From a candidate division WOR-3 bacterium (GTDB taxonomy: Bacteria; Hydrothermota; 32-111), in assembly GCA_039804105.1 (NCBI GenBank), contig JBDRZU010000002.1, positions 192,001-256,000 on the forward strand: 64,000 nucleotides of DNA, written 5' to 3'. Made by a program: the position numbers and the translations under genes. Shown here piece by piece: positions 10,073-19,994 of the stretch. Every line of letters begins with the position of its first letter. The stretch's first letter is position 1. The notes beneath the pieces were generated by a model that saw only the letters and a list, made by a program, of their open reading frames with translations, searched no databases and was not told the origin of the DNA.

Positions 10073-10396
10073 ATGTTAAATTATCTAATTTTTAACCAAA
10101 CAGCAACTCAACAGGCAAATCCTCTTGTTTCACTTTTACCTTTAATAATAATGTTTGCTGCATTATATCTTTTATTTATTTTGCCACAACAAAAAGCTGA
10201 GAAAAAGCATAAGGAGATGTTAAACTCACTGAACAAGGGTGATAAAGTTATATTATCTTCAGGAATAATAGGAACTATCACCAATATTAAAGAAGATATT
10301 ATCTTTCTCGAAATTTCACCAAAAGTCGAAATAAAAGTTTTAAAATCCACTGTTACAAAAAAGATAGAGGATGATTCTGAAGTAAAAAATGGATAG
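10073..10396 (+). CDS. yajC: Preprotein translocase subunit YajC
   Basis: One TM helix, then PQQK...H..ML..L.KGDKVI..SGIIG. Confidence 0.93.
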   Translation: MLNYLIFNQTATQQANPLVSLLPLIIMFAALYLLFILPQQKAEKKHKEMLNSLNKGDKVILSSGIIGTITNIKEDIIFLEISPKVEIKVLKSTVTKKIEDDSEVKNG

Positions 10397-11321
10397 TTTT
10401 GTTTTTATTGGAAACGATAACATATCTTTGAAATTCCTCGAAAAAATTATAGACAAAAAAAGACCAGAATATATAATAACAGGTCACGATAGAATATCGG
10501 GTAGAGGGAGAAAATTAACTCCCTCACCATTGGTTGAAATCGCAAAAAAAAATTCGATAGAGTTATTGAAAACCGATAATCCAAACTCTAAAGATTTTTT
10601 AAAACTGCTAAGAGAAAAAAAAATACCAGATTTCTTTCTTCTATTTTCTTTCGGTTATATACTCAACAAAGAATTTCTTGAAATACCAAAAAGGATGAGT
10701 GTTAACATACATCCTTCTCTTCTTCCCAAATATAGAGGAGCTGCACCGATCAATAGAGTAATAATTAATGGAGAAAAAAGAAGTGGTGTAACATTTTTTA
10801 AAATGGATGAAACTCTTGATGGTGGAGATATTATTTTTCAGGAAGATTTTGGTCTTGAACCTTACATTGATTCTATAGAACTAAAAGAAAAAATAATCGA
10901 AGTTTCCTCAAAAATGTTTTTAACCTTTGATTGGTCACACGATTTTAAACTCTATAAACAGGATGAAAGTCAGGCGACCTATGCAAAAAAAATAAAAAAG
11001 GAAGAACTGGTTCTTGATCTTAACAAAAATGCCTTGAATTTAACAAACCATATAAATGGCCTTGCAGAATATGGAATAAAATGTAGAATTGGTAAATATA
11101 ATGTAAAAATTAGAAAAGTTGTTCCATCAGAAATAAAGGTTGAAAAAGGGAATTTAAAAATTTCTGAAAAAAAAGAACTACTTTTAGGTTGCGATGATGG
11201 ATCAGTATCGGTTTTAAAAATACAACCCGAAGGTAAAAACATAATGGATTCAAAAAGTTTTATAAATGGATACAAAATAAAAGATGGAGAGAAAATATGT
11301 GTGGAATCTTTGGAATCATAG
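10389..11321 (+). CDS. fmt: Methionyl-tRNA formyltransferase
   Basis: NIHPSLLPKYRGAAP, LDGGDI, ATYAKKI and QPEGK motifs. Confidence 0.93.
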   Translation: MDSFVFIGNDNISLKFLEKIIDKKRPEYIITGHDRISGRGRKLTPSPLVEIAKKNSIELLKTDNPNSKDFLKLLREKKIPDFFLLFSFGYILNKEFLEIPKRMSVNIHPSLLPKYRGAAPINRVIINGEKRSGVTFFKMDETLDGGDIIFQEDFGLEPYIDSIELKEKIIEVSSKMFLTFDWSHDFKLYKQDESQATYAKKIKKEELVLDLNKNALNLTNHINGLAEYGIKCRIGKYNVKIRKVVPSEIKVEKGNLKISEKKELLLGCDDGSVSVLKIQPEGKNIMDSKSFINGYKIKDGEKICVESLES

Positions 11322-12712
11322 GATCAAAAAACGCTTTCATAGATATATACAAAGGGTTAAAAATGATCCAGCACAGAGGACAGGACACATGTGGGATCGT
11401 AACATTTTCAAATAAATTCAACATCAAACTCGCTGAGGGACTTGTAACAAACGCTTTTGATGAAAATGATATCAACAAACTTTCAGGATATACAGGTATA
11501 GGACATGTCCGTTACCCAACAATAGGAAAAGGAGGTTTGGAAAACGCTCAACCTGTATACACAAATACTCCCTATGGAATAGTTATGGCTCACAATGGAA
11601 ACGTTGTAAACTATTTCAGTTTAAAAAACAAACTGATCAAGGAATATCATAGATATATAAATTCAGAGGTAGATGTTCAAATAATATTAAATGTTTTTGC
11701 ATACTATTTGAGTTTTGAAAAAAATTTTAACTTTGACTCTCTCTGTAAATCTGTTGAAAAAGTTTTTGATGAGGTTAAAGGGAGTTATTCTGTTATAGCA
11801 TATATTGCAGGTCAAGGTTTTCTTGCATTCAGAGATCCTGTTGGTTACAGACCATTGGTATTTGGAACAGATGGTGAAAGATATGCATTCTCTTCTGAAT
11901 CGGTATCACTTGAAAGTATTGGAATAGATAATTTTGAAGATGTAAAACCTGGTGAGGTTATATTTATTTCAGATAAAGGAAAAATTAACAGAAAAATAGT
12001 AAAAAAATCAGAGCATAAGGCTTGTATTTTTGAATGGGTGTATTTTGCAAGACCTGATTCCATAATCGATGGTATAGATGTTTACAACGCAAGATACCGT
12101 TTAGGGGAAAAACTTGCAGAAGTTTTACAAAACAGAAGAAAAGATTTTGATGTGGTTATACCTGTTCCAGATACTTCAAGAACAGCAGCACTTGCACTCG
12201 CGACAAAATTAAACCTTCCATACAGAGAAGGATTGATCAAAAACAGATATGTTGGAAGAACATTCATAATGCCAGGGCAGAAAAAAAGAATAGATGCTGT
12301 AAGAGAAAAATTGCATCCAATAAAAATTGAACTTCAAAACAAAAGGGTCTTACTCGTTGATGATTCTATCGTAAGAGGGAATACTTCAAAAAGCATTGTA
12401 AAACTTGTTAGAGAGGCGAAAGCAAAAGAGGTACATTTTGCGGTTTATTCACCACCTTTAAAATTTCCGTGCTACTTTGGTATCGACATCCAGAAAACTG
12501 ACGAATTCATTGCAAATAAAACAAGTTTTGAAAAAATTGCTGACGAGATAGGCGCTGATTCTTTAACCTATCTTCCCCTTGAGAAGTTGATAGAAGGTGT
12601 TGGAATAAACAGAATAGATTTTTGTACTTCATGTTTCAGTGGTAAATACGATATATCTCTTGATCAAAAGGATATCGATGATATTAAGAAAGATAGAACA
12701 AACTCTTTTTAA
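11297..12712 (+). CDS. purF: Amidophosphoribosyltransferase
   Basis: N-terminal MCG, QHRGQD, GHVRY, CIFEWVYFARPDS and LVDDSIVRG motifs. Fe-S cysteines present. Confidence 0.97.
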   Translation: MCGIFGIIGSKNAFIDIYKGLKMIQHRGQDTCGIVTFSNKFNIKLAEGLVTNAFDENDINKLSGYTGIGHVRYPTIGKGGLENAQPVYTNTPYGIVMAHNGNVVNYFSLKNKLIKEYHRYINSEVDVQIILNVFAYYLSFEKNFNFDSLCKSVEKVFDEVKGSYSVIAYIAGQGFLAFRDPVGYRPLVFGTDGERYAFSSESVSLESIGIDNFEDVKPGEVIFISDKGKINRKIVKKSEHKACIFEWVYFARPDSIIDGIDVYNARYRLGEKLAEVLQNRRKDFDVVIPVPDTSRTAALALATKLNLPYREGLIKNRYVGRTFIMPGQKKRIDAVREKLHPIKIELQNKRVLLVDDSIVRGNTSKSIVKLVREAKAKEVHFAVYSPPLKFPCYFGIDIQKTDEFIANKTSFEKIADEIGADSLTYLPLEKLIEGVGINRIDFCTSCFSGKYDISLDQKDIDDIKKDRTNSF

Positions 12713-12726
12713 TTTAATTTTTGGTA

Positions 12727-15700
12727 ATGTTTTGTTTTAAAACTTTTTACCTTTTACTTTTTTTCTATTTTCAACCCGATACTGTTAAACTTGAAAAAGC
12801 ATACGACTTTTATGTTTTTGAAAATCCCATATATAAAAACTCTTTACAGATACTATCAGAAAAGAAACTCTTAAAAGAAAATGAAGATTTTTATTTTGAT
12901 GGAAAAAGGATCAAGTTTACAAAGAATTTTAAAGATGTTGAGATAATCTTTTTAAAAGTGGATGAACAAATCAAAACCGAAAATTTTAAATACAAAGATC
13001 AACTACAAAAAGAGGAAATTTTTGAGAAAAAAGATGAATCAACAAAAAGTGTCTATATAACAGGCGTGAAAGGTTTCAATGTCTTAAACCAAAACAATAG
13101 AATCGATATAGAACAGGTAACAGATTTTTCAATAAACGGAAAAATTGATTCATTCTGGAGTGTCGAAGGTTACATAAACGATAACTCTTCTACAAACGAC
13201 ATCGGACTAAATGCTCCAATCTATCAGATTGAAAATTTGAAATTCTCTTTGTACAATACATCCGGAACAAAATTTTTTCTTGGAAATTCGAAATTAGAGA
13301 ATAAATGGTCAAAATTTTTAAACCTCAATAAAGATATTTTTGGACTTGGATTTTCTACGAGTTTAAAAAAATATCCTTTATCGTTTTCTTATGCGGCTGA
13401 AAAAGGAAATTTTAAATCATCATCCTTTTTCTGTATCGATGGTATTCTTGGACCATATAGGATAGTAGAAGAAAGAAACCTGTTCGATTATACGATAACT
13501 CCCGGAAGTGAAAAAGTTTATCTAAACGGCCAACTGTTGGAAAACGGAGAGGACAAAGATTATACTATCGATTATTACACCGGTGAATTAACTTTTACAA
13601 ACAAACATATCGTTGATCAAAACTCGTATGTTTATATTGAGTTTCAACAGTTTGATATAATTTCTTTAAACTCTGGATACTATATTTCTTTAGGAGATGA
13701 AAAAAATGATCTAAAAATGTTTTATTCCAGTGAAGGAAACCAGATAAATGATCAAAAATTGAAAGAAGAACTTTCTTTGTATCCTTCAGATTCATCCTAC
13801 ATTCTTCTTAAATCGTATGAATTTGTTGGTGAAAACAGAGGTGATTATTTTTTACAGGATTCGATTTTTGTTTTCGCTGGAGAAGGAAAAGGGGACTATA
13901 AGGTTGAATTTTATTATGTTGGATATGGAAAAGGAGATTATCTGTACTCACCTTCCAATTTTTCCTTTGTATATGTCGGTAAAAACAATGGTAATTATTC
14001 CCCTTTCAGAAGAGTTTCCCTTCCATTTTTTTACCATCTTCTCGATATTTCATTTACAAAAAATATAAAGTATGGTGGTTTTGATCTGGAAATATTAACA
14101 GGCCTTTACAAAAACAATAGATACAATTTACAATCCCAGTTTTTAAAAGATTTTTCGTATTATCTATCTTACAATACAAAAAGATTTTTATTTAAAAATT
14201 TTTCATCCTCATTCTTGTTTCAATACAGAGAGAACGATACCATATACAAAACAAGATGGAACAAAATGGTTAGTTTCGAATACATAAAAAATGATACAAC
14301 TTTTAAAACACCTTTTCGAGAGTTCACTTTTTCGTTTGATCCATCTTTCGAAAATATTTTCAATTCGAACCTTTCCATTTCTAAAATTGACTCCTTCAAC
14401 ACTGTTAAAACTATTATAAATACGGATACATTTTTCAACTATTCTGCAGATTTTAGAACAATCTATTTTATTTTAAAAGATTCTATTTACTATAAAAATG
14501 AGTTCATTTCATTAACAAAAAAATTTAAAATATCAAATTTTTCTGTTTTCATAGAAAATGAAAGTAGAACTCTTTTTTCATATAAGAGAGGTTTAAAAAT
14601 ATTTTCAGACAATAGAAATTTTCTCATGGAATATAGAAACGAAAAAATTTTTGAAGACAGTTTAAAAATTAAAAATATTGATGTATTTAAATTAGAAACG
14701 AACAAATCTGAACGAGAAAATTTTTTAGCACTATTTTCTGGAGAATATAAAGTTTTTGACTACAACGATACAAAAAGGAATATAGTTGCTATAAATACAG
14801 TTTACAAAAAAATATTCACAAATGTTTATGAATATTTTTTAGATACATACATAACATCTCTTTCTTTATACAATATAGTTGAAACTTATGTTTATGTCGG
14901 TAAAGGCAAAGGTGATTATGTTTACGATCCTATAACTAATTCATACATTTATGATAAAATATATGGTGATTATGTACTCATAAAGGAAAACAAACTATCC
15001 AACGACCCCTATTCGAAAAGAATGATCAAAACCTCTTTAAGATTATATCAATTTGAAACTTTTATTAACTTAAACTATTCAGACCTATCAAAAAATCTAT
15101 TAGAAACAAAACAAAATAATTTAAATGAAACAAATTTAAACTTTAAATTTTTTATAGACAAAATCCTAAACAGAAAATTAACTCCTTTTATGGGGTTAAC
15201 ATATGAAAAAATATATTACAAAAATCTATCTTCATTTAAAAATTTTTCTTTGGACTTAGGGATTAAAAACTTACTTGATATTAACTATTCACTTCTCTAT
15301 AGAAACGAAAATGAAAAAAGAGAAGAAATTACAGGAAAATATGATTTGAATTCAAACTCTATCATTTTTGAATTCAATTTGGGCGGGTTAAAACAAAACT
15401 ACAAATTCAAATTCTCTTATGGTTACTTCTATGGATTTTATGATTACGATGAAATAAATTTTTCACCATTAAAAGGAACAAAAGTAGAATTCTTTTCAGA
15501 TATAGAACAAAAAATTATTTCAAATTTTTCTTTCAATCTTATTCCAAAAATCTCATACACATTCTATAATGAAGGAGATGACCTTCCACTGAGTATAAAT
15601 TATAAATACCCTAAAGGGATATTCTTTGAAAATACTCTCTCTATAGTTTTTATTAACGATTTTATTAACTCAAGGATATCCTATATTTTGGATTATTCTT

Positions 15701-15753
15701 TAAGAAATTCTTTAAGACAGAGGGTTCTATTCTCTCTATTTACCTATTTTTAA
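12727..15753 (+). CDS. Large hypothetical outer-membrane protein with a SprA-like motif and GxG(K)GDY repeats
   Basis: GSEKVYLNGQLL..GEDKDYTIDYYTGELTF, five or more (Y/F)(V/A)Gx(G/N)xG(D/N)Y repeats, C-terminal FTYF. Start 12721 or 12727. Confidence 0.6.
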   Translation: MFCFKTFYLLLFFYFQPDTVKLEKAYDFYVFENPIYKNSLQILSEKKLLKENEDFYFDGKRIKFTKNFKDVEIIFLKVDEQIKTENFKYKDQLQKEEIFEKKDESTKSVYITGVKGFNVLNQNNRIDIEQVTDFSINGKIDSFWSVEGYINDNSSTNDIGLNAPIYQIENLKFSLYNTSGTKFFLGNSKLENKWSKFLNLNKDIFGLGFSTSLKKYPLSFSYAAEKGNFKSSSFFCIDGILGPYRIVEERNLFDYTITPGSEKVYLNGQLLENGEDKDYTIDYYTGELTFTNKHIVDQNSYVYIEFQQFDIISLNSGYYISLGDEKNDLKMFYSSEGNQINDQKLKEELSLYPSDSSYILLKSYEFVGENRGDYFLQDSIFVFAGEGKGDYKVEFYYVGYGKGDYLYSPSNFSFVYVGKNNGNYSPFRRVSLPFFYHLLDISFTKNIKYGGFDLEILTGLYKNNRYNLQSQFLKDFSYYLSYNTKRFLFKNFSSSFLFQYRENDTIYKTRWNKMVSFEYIKNDTTFKTPFREFTFSFDPSFENIFNSNLSISKIDSFNTVKTIINTDTFFNYSADFRTIYFILKDSIYYKNEFISLTKKFKISNFSVFIENESRTLFSYKRGLKIFSDNRNFLMEYRNEKIFEDSLKIKNIDVFKLETNKSERENFLALFSGEYKVFDYNDTKRNIVAINTVYKKIFTNVYEYFLDTYITSLSLYNIVETYVYVGKGKGDYVYDPITNSYIYDKIYGDYVLIKENKLSNDPYSKRMIKTSLRLYQFETFINLNYSDLSKNLLETKQNNLNETNLNFKFFIDKILNRKLTPFMGLTYEKIYYKNLSSFKNFSLDLGIKNLLDINYSLLYRNENEKREEITGKYDLNSNSIIFEFNLGGLKQNYKFKFSYGYFYGFYDYDEINFSPLKGTKVEFFSDIEQKIISNFSFNLIPKISYTFYNEGDDLPLSINYKYPKGIFFENTLSIVFINDFINSRISYILDYSLRNSLRQRVLFSLFTYF

Positions 15754-16227
15754 AAAATCAAGTTCCTTTGAAATATCTTTTTTTACTTTAAATGGAAAAA
15801 TATTTTTTCCATATTTTGTTTTTACCTGTATTTCTCCTTCAACATCAACAACGAGTTTCCCTTCTTTTATTTTTTCAATTATATCTGTTGAAAGTATTGA
15901 ATATTTGATTTTTAAATTCGTAGAATAAACCCCAGAAGAATTTTTTTTCAAAAGAAAAGTTTTTTCAGAGATTCCTTCTCCAACATTTTTGGTATCGATA
16001 TAAATTTTATAAACAACTCTTTCAAAATTTATATCAACTTTATTCGGGTTAAAAACTTTTAAATTAAGATCAAAATTCACACCAGTCAAATCAAACGATT
16101 TGTATTCGAATGACTCAACTTCATACTCAAGACTTTTCAGTGTTTTAACTTGATTAATATAAGAACAGTTTGACAGAGTACTCAAAAATATAACAATAGT
16201 ATTAAAGATCAAAATTTTTTTAACCAT
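15736..16227 (-). CDS. LEA type 2 / WHy-domain lipoprotein
   Basis: Lipobox-like LSNC and LKVFNPN motif. Confidence 0.75.
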   Translation of the reverse strand: MVKKILIFNTIVIFLSTLSNCSYINQVKTLKSLEYEVESFEYKSFDLTGVNFDLNLKVFNPNKVDINFERVVYKIYIDTKNVGEGISEKTFLLKKNSSGVYSTNLKIKYSILSTDIIEKIKEGKLVVDVEGEIQVKTKYGKNIFPFKVKKDISKELDFLKIGK

Positions 16228-17480
16228 CTTTGTAAATCCTTTTTATAGCGCTTTGGATCAACATCTATCCTGTTAAGTTTTTCTTCAACAGCACATTTTA
16301 AAACAGCAAAAGATTCTTCAACAAAAACTCTTCTATCAAAAGGTTTTGGTATAAAATATTTTCTTGAAAATTTCAAATCCTCTTTGTATAATTTTTTTAT
16401 ATATTCTGGAACATCCTTTTTTGCAAGACATGCAAGTGATCTTGCTGCTTCAAGTTTCATATTTTCACTTATCTTCCTTGCACCGCAATCAAGAACACCT
16501 CTGAAAATATATGGGAATCCAAGAACATTGTTGATCTGATTCGGATAATCGGATCTTCCTGTTGCCATAATTATATCCTTTCGCGTATTAACAGCTTCAT
16601 AATAATCTATTTCAGGATCAGGATTCGCAAGTGCAAAAACTATTGGATCTTTTGCCATCTTTTTTAACATCTCTTTTTTCAAAACACCTTTGACCGATAA
16701 TCCAAGGAACATATCGGCATCTTCTATTGCTTCTTCGATTTTTAACTCTTTTTCTTTTGCAAAAATTTTGTTATATTTATTTAAATCTTTTCTTTTTTTA
16801 CAAAGCATTCCAAACTTGTCGAACACAAAAATTTTTTCTAAGGAAGCCCCAACTTTTAAAAACATCTTTAAAACAGGAATCGCAGCAGCACCAGCACCGG
16901 ATACAACTATCTTTAAATCATGGATATTCTTTTCAACAAGTTCACACGCATTCATAAGACCTGCTGTTGCAATTATTGCTGTTCCATGTTGATCATCATG
17001 GAACACAGGTATATCCATCATCTCTATCAACTTTTCTTCAATATAAAAACATTCAGGGCCTTTTATATCCTCTAAATTTATTCCACCAAAGGTTGGCTCT
17101 AAAGATTTCACTATCCGAACAAATTCATCTGGATCCTTTTCATCAACCTCTATATCAAAAGCATCTATGAATGCAAACTTCTTAAAAAGAACTGCTTTTC
17201 CTTCCATGACAGGTTTTGAAGCGTATGAACCTATGTCTCCAAGACCCAAAACTGCTGTTCCATTTGAAATAACTCCAACAAGATTTTTTCTATTTGTATA
17301 TTTGAATGATAAATTTTTATCTTTTGAAATTTCAATTGATGGGAATGCAACTCCTGGAGTGTATGCTAAAGAAAGATCCTCTTTTGACAGACACCGTTTT
17401 TTAACTTTTATCTCAATTTTACCACCTGTTGGAAAAGAGTGGTATTTGAGTGATTTAGATTTTAAATCGTTTTTCTTCAT
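16209..17480 (-). CDS. NAD(P)-dependent malic enzyme, short form without a PTA domain
   Basis: LSLAYTPGVA, NGTAVLGLG, INLEDIK, FHDDQHGTA, GAGAA and TGRSDYPNQINN motifs. Start moved to ATG 17480. Confidence 0.93.
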   Translation of the reverse strand: MKKNDLKSKSLKYHSFPTGGKIEIKVKKRCLSKEDLSLAYTPGVAFPSIEISKDKNLSFKYTNRKNLVGVISNGTAVLGLGDIGSYASKPVMEGKAVLFKKFAFIDAFDIEVDEKDPDEFVRIVKSLEPTFGGINLEDIKGPECFYIEEKLIEMMDIPVFHDDQHGTAIIATAGLMNACELVEKNIHDLKIVVSGAGAAAIPVLKMFLKVGASLEKIFVFDKFGMLCKKRKDLNKYNKIFAKEKELKIEEAIEDADMFLGLSVKGVLKKEMLKKMAKDPIVFALANPDPEIDYYEAVNTRKDIIMATGRSDYPNQINNVLGFPYIFRGVLDCGARKISENMKLEAARSLACLAKKDVPEYIKKLYKEDLKFSRKYFIPKPFDRRVFVEESFAVLKCAVEEKLNRIDVDPKRYKKDLQRWLKKF

Positions 17481-17488
17481 AATAAAAA

Positions 17489-17516
17489 AGTATATTAAAT
17501 AAATCTTAAAATTCAA
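17489..17516 (-). promoter_or_regulatory. sigma70-type promoter TTGAAT-N16-TATACT, probably leaderless
   Basis: -10 box is 8 nt from ATG 17480. No SD sequence. Confidence 0.55.
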
Positions 17517-17529
17517 CAAAAATTTATGA

Positions 17530-17557
17530 TTGACTATATTTTGAAGTTTTATATAAT
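17530..17557 (+). promoter_or_regulatory. sigma70-type promoter TTGACT-N16-TATAAT
   Basis: Near-consensus hexamers, followed by AAAGGAGAGAGG and ATG 17577. Confidence 0.65.
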
Positions 17558-17576
17558 AACTAAAAAAGGAGAGAGG

Positions 17577-18023
17577 ATGAAAAAAGTTACCATTTTAATT
17601 TTAGTTTTTGTTCTTGTTTTTAATATTTCAGTTTTTTCCCAGAACTTACAACAACAAAAACCTTCTTATGAAGAGGGAAGAGAAGCAGGAAGAATCGCTG
17701 CTTCTTCTGAAAATTCTTTGATCTGGGGACTTATCGGATGCGGAGCTACTTGTTTTTTCGAAGGTTTAGGATGTCTTGGTGCAACTTTAGCCGGTTATCT
17801 TATTGAACCAACTGCTCCCTATGTTTCTTCTGAAAAAGGCGACGATTATATAAGGGGTTTCAGAGAAAGTTACTCCGCTGAAGTTAAAAAGAAAAGGGCA
17901 ACAAGTGCTTTTGTTGGAGGGTGTTTGTCAACCGTCGGTCAATTAATAGTATATATACCTGTTTATATTATTTATGGTGCATGGATAACAGCAATGTTAG
18001 CATCAATTTTTACAACACAATAA
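17577..18023 (+). CDS. Hypothetical exported/membrane protein
   Basis: Signal peptide, Gly/Cys-rich hydrophobic segments, C-terminal TM helix. RBS supports ATG 17577. Confidence 0.7.
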   Translation: MKKVTILILVFVLVFNISVFSQNLQQQKPSYEEGREAGRIAASSENSLIWGLIGCGATCFFEGLGCLGATLAGYLIEPTAPYVSSEKGDDYIRGFRESYSAEVKKKRATSAFVGGCLSTVGQLIVYIPVYIIYGAWITAMLASIFTTQ

Positions 18024-18035
18024 AAAAGGAAAGCA

Positions 18036-18389
18036 TTGTTAACAAAGATTTACGATTCTTCATATAATATTGTCGGTTATATCCATGATAAGACTATTGA
18101 AGATGGTTCAGGTGCTCCTATAGGTTTCTTTGAAAGTGATAGAATCCTTGATCAACATTACAATATTATAGGATACTACCATTATGGGAGATATGAGGAT
18201 GCTTCTGGAACTATCCTTGCGTATCTTGAAGGAGATACTTTAACAGATAGTTCACATTCTCCAATAGCATATATTTTGAGTGAAAGAATAGAAGATTCTT
18301 CGCATAACACCATAGGTTATATTCATAACAATCTTGATAAAGCTCAAGTCGGAACTCTTATAGTTTTTGGATTCGTTTCATTGATATGA
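18036..18389 (+). CDS. Small beta-repeat protein (beta-flower-like)
   Basis: Six 16-aa repeats of the form I(E/Y)Dxxxxx(I/L)(G/A)Y. TTG start follows AAGGA. Confidence 0.65.
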   Translation: MLTKIYDSSYNIVGYIHDKTIEDGSGAPIGFFESDRILDQHYNIIGYYHYGRYEDASGTILAYLEGDTLTDSSHSPIAYILSERIEDSSHNTIGYIHNNLDKAQVGTLIVFGFVSLI

Positions 18390-19654
18390 AAAAAAGATTT
18401 TATTTGTTTTTTTTAGCATCACTATTCCTTATTTCAAATTCATCAGAATTAAAATTTGCCATAATCTCAGATATTCATCTTTATGATACAACTCTTGGTT
18501 ATAAAGGAAGAGAGTTTGAAAATTATATTGAAAATGATAGAAAACTTTTAAAGGAAAGTTCTTTTCTGCTTGATCAGTTTTTTGAGGATGTAAAAAATTA
18601 CAATATCGATTTTATATTTATTCCAGGTGATATTACAAAAGATGGAGAACTTGTAAACCATAAACTTTTCCTTGAAAAAAGTTCTGAAATTTTAAACAAA
18701 GGTATCAAAATTTTTATAGTTCCAGGCAACCACGATATAAACAATTTCGATAGTTATAAATATGAAGATGATAAAAAGATTCGAGTTGAAACTGTTGATA
18801 GAGAAAATTTTTTATCACTCTATAAAAATTATGGTTTCAATAACTCCTATTCAAAAGATGAAAACTCTTTTAGTTATATTGCAGATTTGAATGGAGAATA
18901 CTTTCTTGTTGCACTTGATGGCTGTAAATATTTTTTAAACGATGAAAAAAATCCTTCAACAGTTTCAGGTAAAATAGGCAAAAAAACCTTAAACTGGTTG
19001 AAAGAAAATCTTGAAAAGTTAAAATCTCAAAACAAAAAGTTTATAGTTTTAATACATCATAATTTGATTGAACATTTTAAAGGACAAAAGAAAGGTTACC
19101 CTGAATATGTGCTTGAAAACAATGAAGAACTTTTAAAAGTTCTCGCTGATTATAATGTAAAAATGATTTTCACAGGACATTTTCATGCAAACGATATTGC
19201 AAAGATAAACTTGAAAAATGGATATATTTTTGAAATCGAGACAGGTTCTCCTGTAACCTTTCCATCCCCATACAGGATAGTAGAAATTTCTAACGATACT
19301 CTTGTAAAAGTTGAAACTTTTTCTCTTTTAAAATATCCAGAGTTATACTCGTACAGCAAAGAATATACAGAAAATGGAATTTACAAAATAGCTTATAGAA
19401 TAATAAAGAGTTTTAAAATATCTGATAAAGAATCTGATATACTTGCTAAAAAGATCTCTTTTTCCATGGTTTCACATTATCAGGGAGATGAAATTCTACC
19501 CGAAAAATTTTTTGATACAAAAGATTTTTCACTGAAATCAAAATTTATAATGTTTTTAAAAAGGGATATGTTCAAAAATCTTCTTGTTGACACTACACCT
19601 GATAACAATGTCTTGATAAATCTTTATTCAGGGGAAATTTCCAAAATCAAATAA
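18386..19654 (+). CDS. Exported calcineurin-like metallophosphoesterase
   Basis: SDIH, PGDITKDG, GNHD, HH and GHFH motifs. Signal peptide. Confidence 0.9.
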   Translation: MKKRFYLFFLASLFLISNSSELKFAIISDIHLYDTTLGYKGREFENYIENDRKLLKESSFLLDQFFEDVKNYNIDFIFIPGDITKDGELVNHKLFLEKSSEILNKGIKIFIVPGNHDINNFDSYKYEDDKKIRVETVDRENFLSLYKNYGFNNSYSKDENSFSYIADLNGEYFLVALDGCKYFLNDEKNPSTVSGKIGKKTLNWLKENLEKLKSQNKKFIVLIHHNLIEHFKGQKKGYPEYVLENNEELLKVLADYNVKMIFTGHFHANDIAKINLKNGYIFEIETGSPVTFPSPYRIVEISNDTLVKVETFSLLKYPELYSYSKEYTENGIYKIAYRIIKSFKISDKESDILAKKISFSMVSHYQGDEILPEKFFDTKDFSLKSKFIMFLKRDMFKNLLVDTTPDNNVLINLYSGEISKIK

Positions 19655-19657
19655 TTT

Positions 19658-19730
19658 TGCGTCACCGGGGAATCGAACCCCGAACCTACTGATTAAGAGT
19701 CAGTTGCTCTACCATTTGAGCTAGTGACGC
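19658..19730 (-). tRNA. tRNA-Lys(CUU), CCA not encoded
   Basis: Acceptor stem GCGTCAC/GTGACGC, anticodon arm ACTGA-CT-CTT-AA-TCAGT, T loop GTTCGATT. Confidence 0.95.
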
Positions 19731-19744
19731 TTATAAATAAAGAA

Positions 19745-19818
19745 TGCGCCTGACAGGAATCGAACCTGTAACCTACGGATTAGAAATCCGTTGCTCTATC
19801 CAATTGAGCTACAGGCGC
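19745..19818 (-). tRNA. tRNA-Arg(UCU), CCA not encoded
   Basis: Acceptor stem GCGCCTG/CAGGCGC, anticodon arm ACGGA-TT-TCT-AA-TCCGT. Confidence 0.95.
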
Positions 19819-19833
19819 TTGTTTTATTTTATT

Positions 19834-19911
19834 TGGGGTGAGTGAGGGGACTCGAACCCCCAACGGCTGGAACCACAATCCAGAGCTCTAACCAATTGAA
19901 CTACACTCACC
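19834..19911 (-). tRNA. tRNA-His(GUG), with G-1 and CCA encoded
   Basis: G-GTGAGTG...CACTCAC-C-CCA, anticodon arm CTGGA-TT-GTG-GT-TCCAG. Confidence 0.95.
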
Positions 19912-19918
19912 ATAAAAA

Positions 19919-19994
19919 TCGGGGCAGCTGGATTTGAACCAGCGACTTCCTGCTCCCAAAACAGGCGCGCTAAACCGGACTGCGCTATGCCCCG
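19919..19994 (-). tRNA. tRNA-Pro(UGG), CCA not encoded; its 5' end overlaps the rdgB stop
   Basis: Acceptor stem CGGGGCA/TGCCCCG, anticodon arm CCTGT-TT-TGG-GA-GCAGG. Confidence 0.95.

Noticed and set aside
17520..19730. Genomic island integrated at the tRNA-Lys 3' end
   Set aside because: No integrase, and I saw no duplicated tRNA 3' end (att site) near 17.5 kb or elsewhere.
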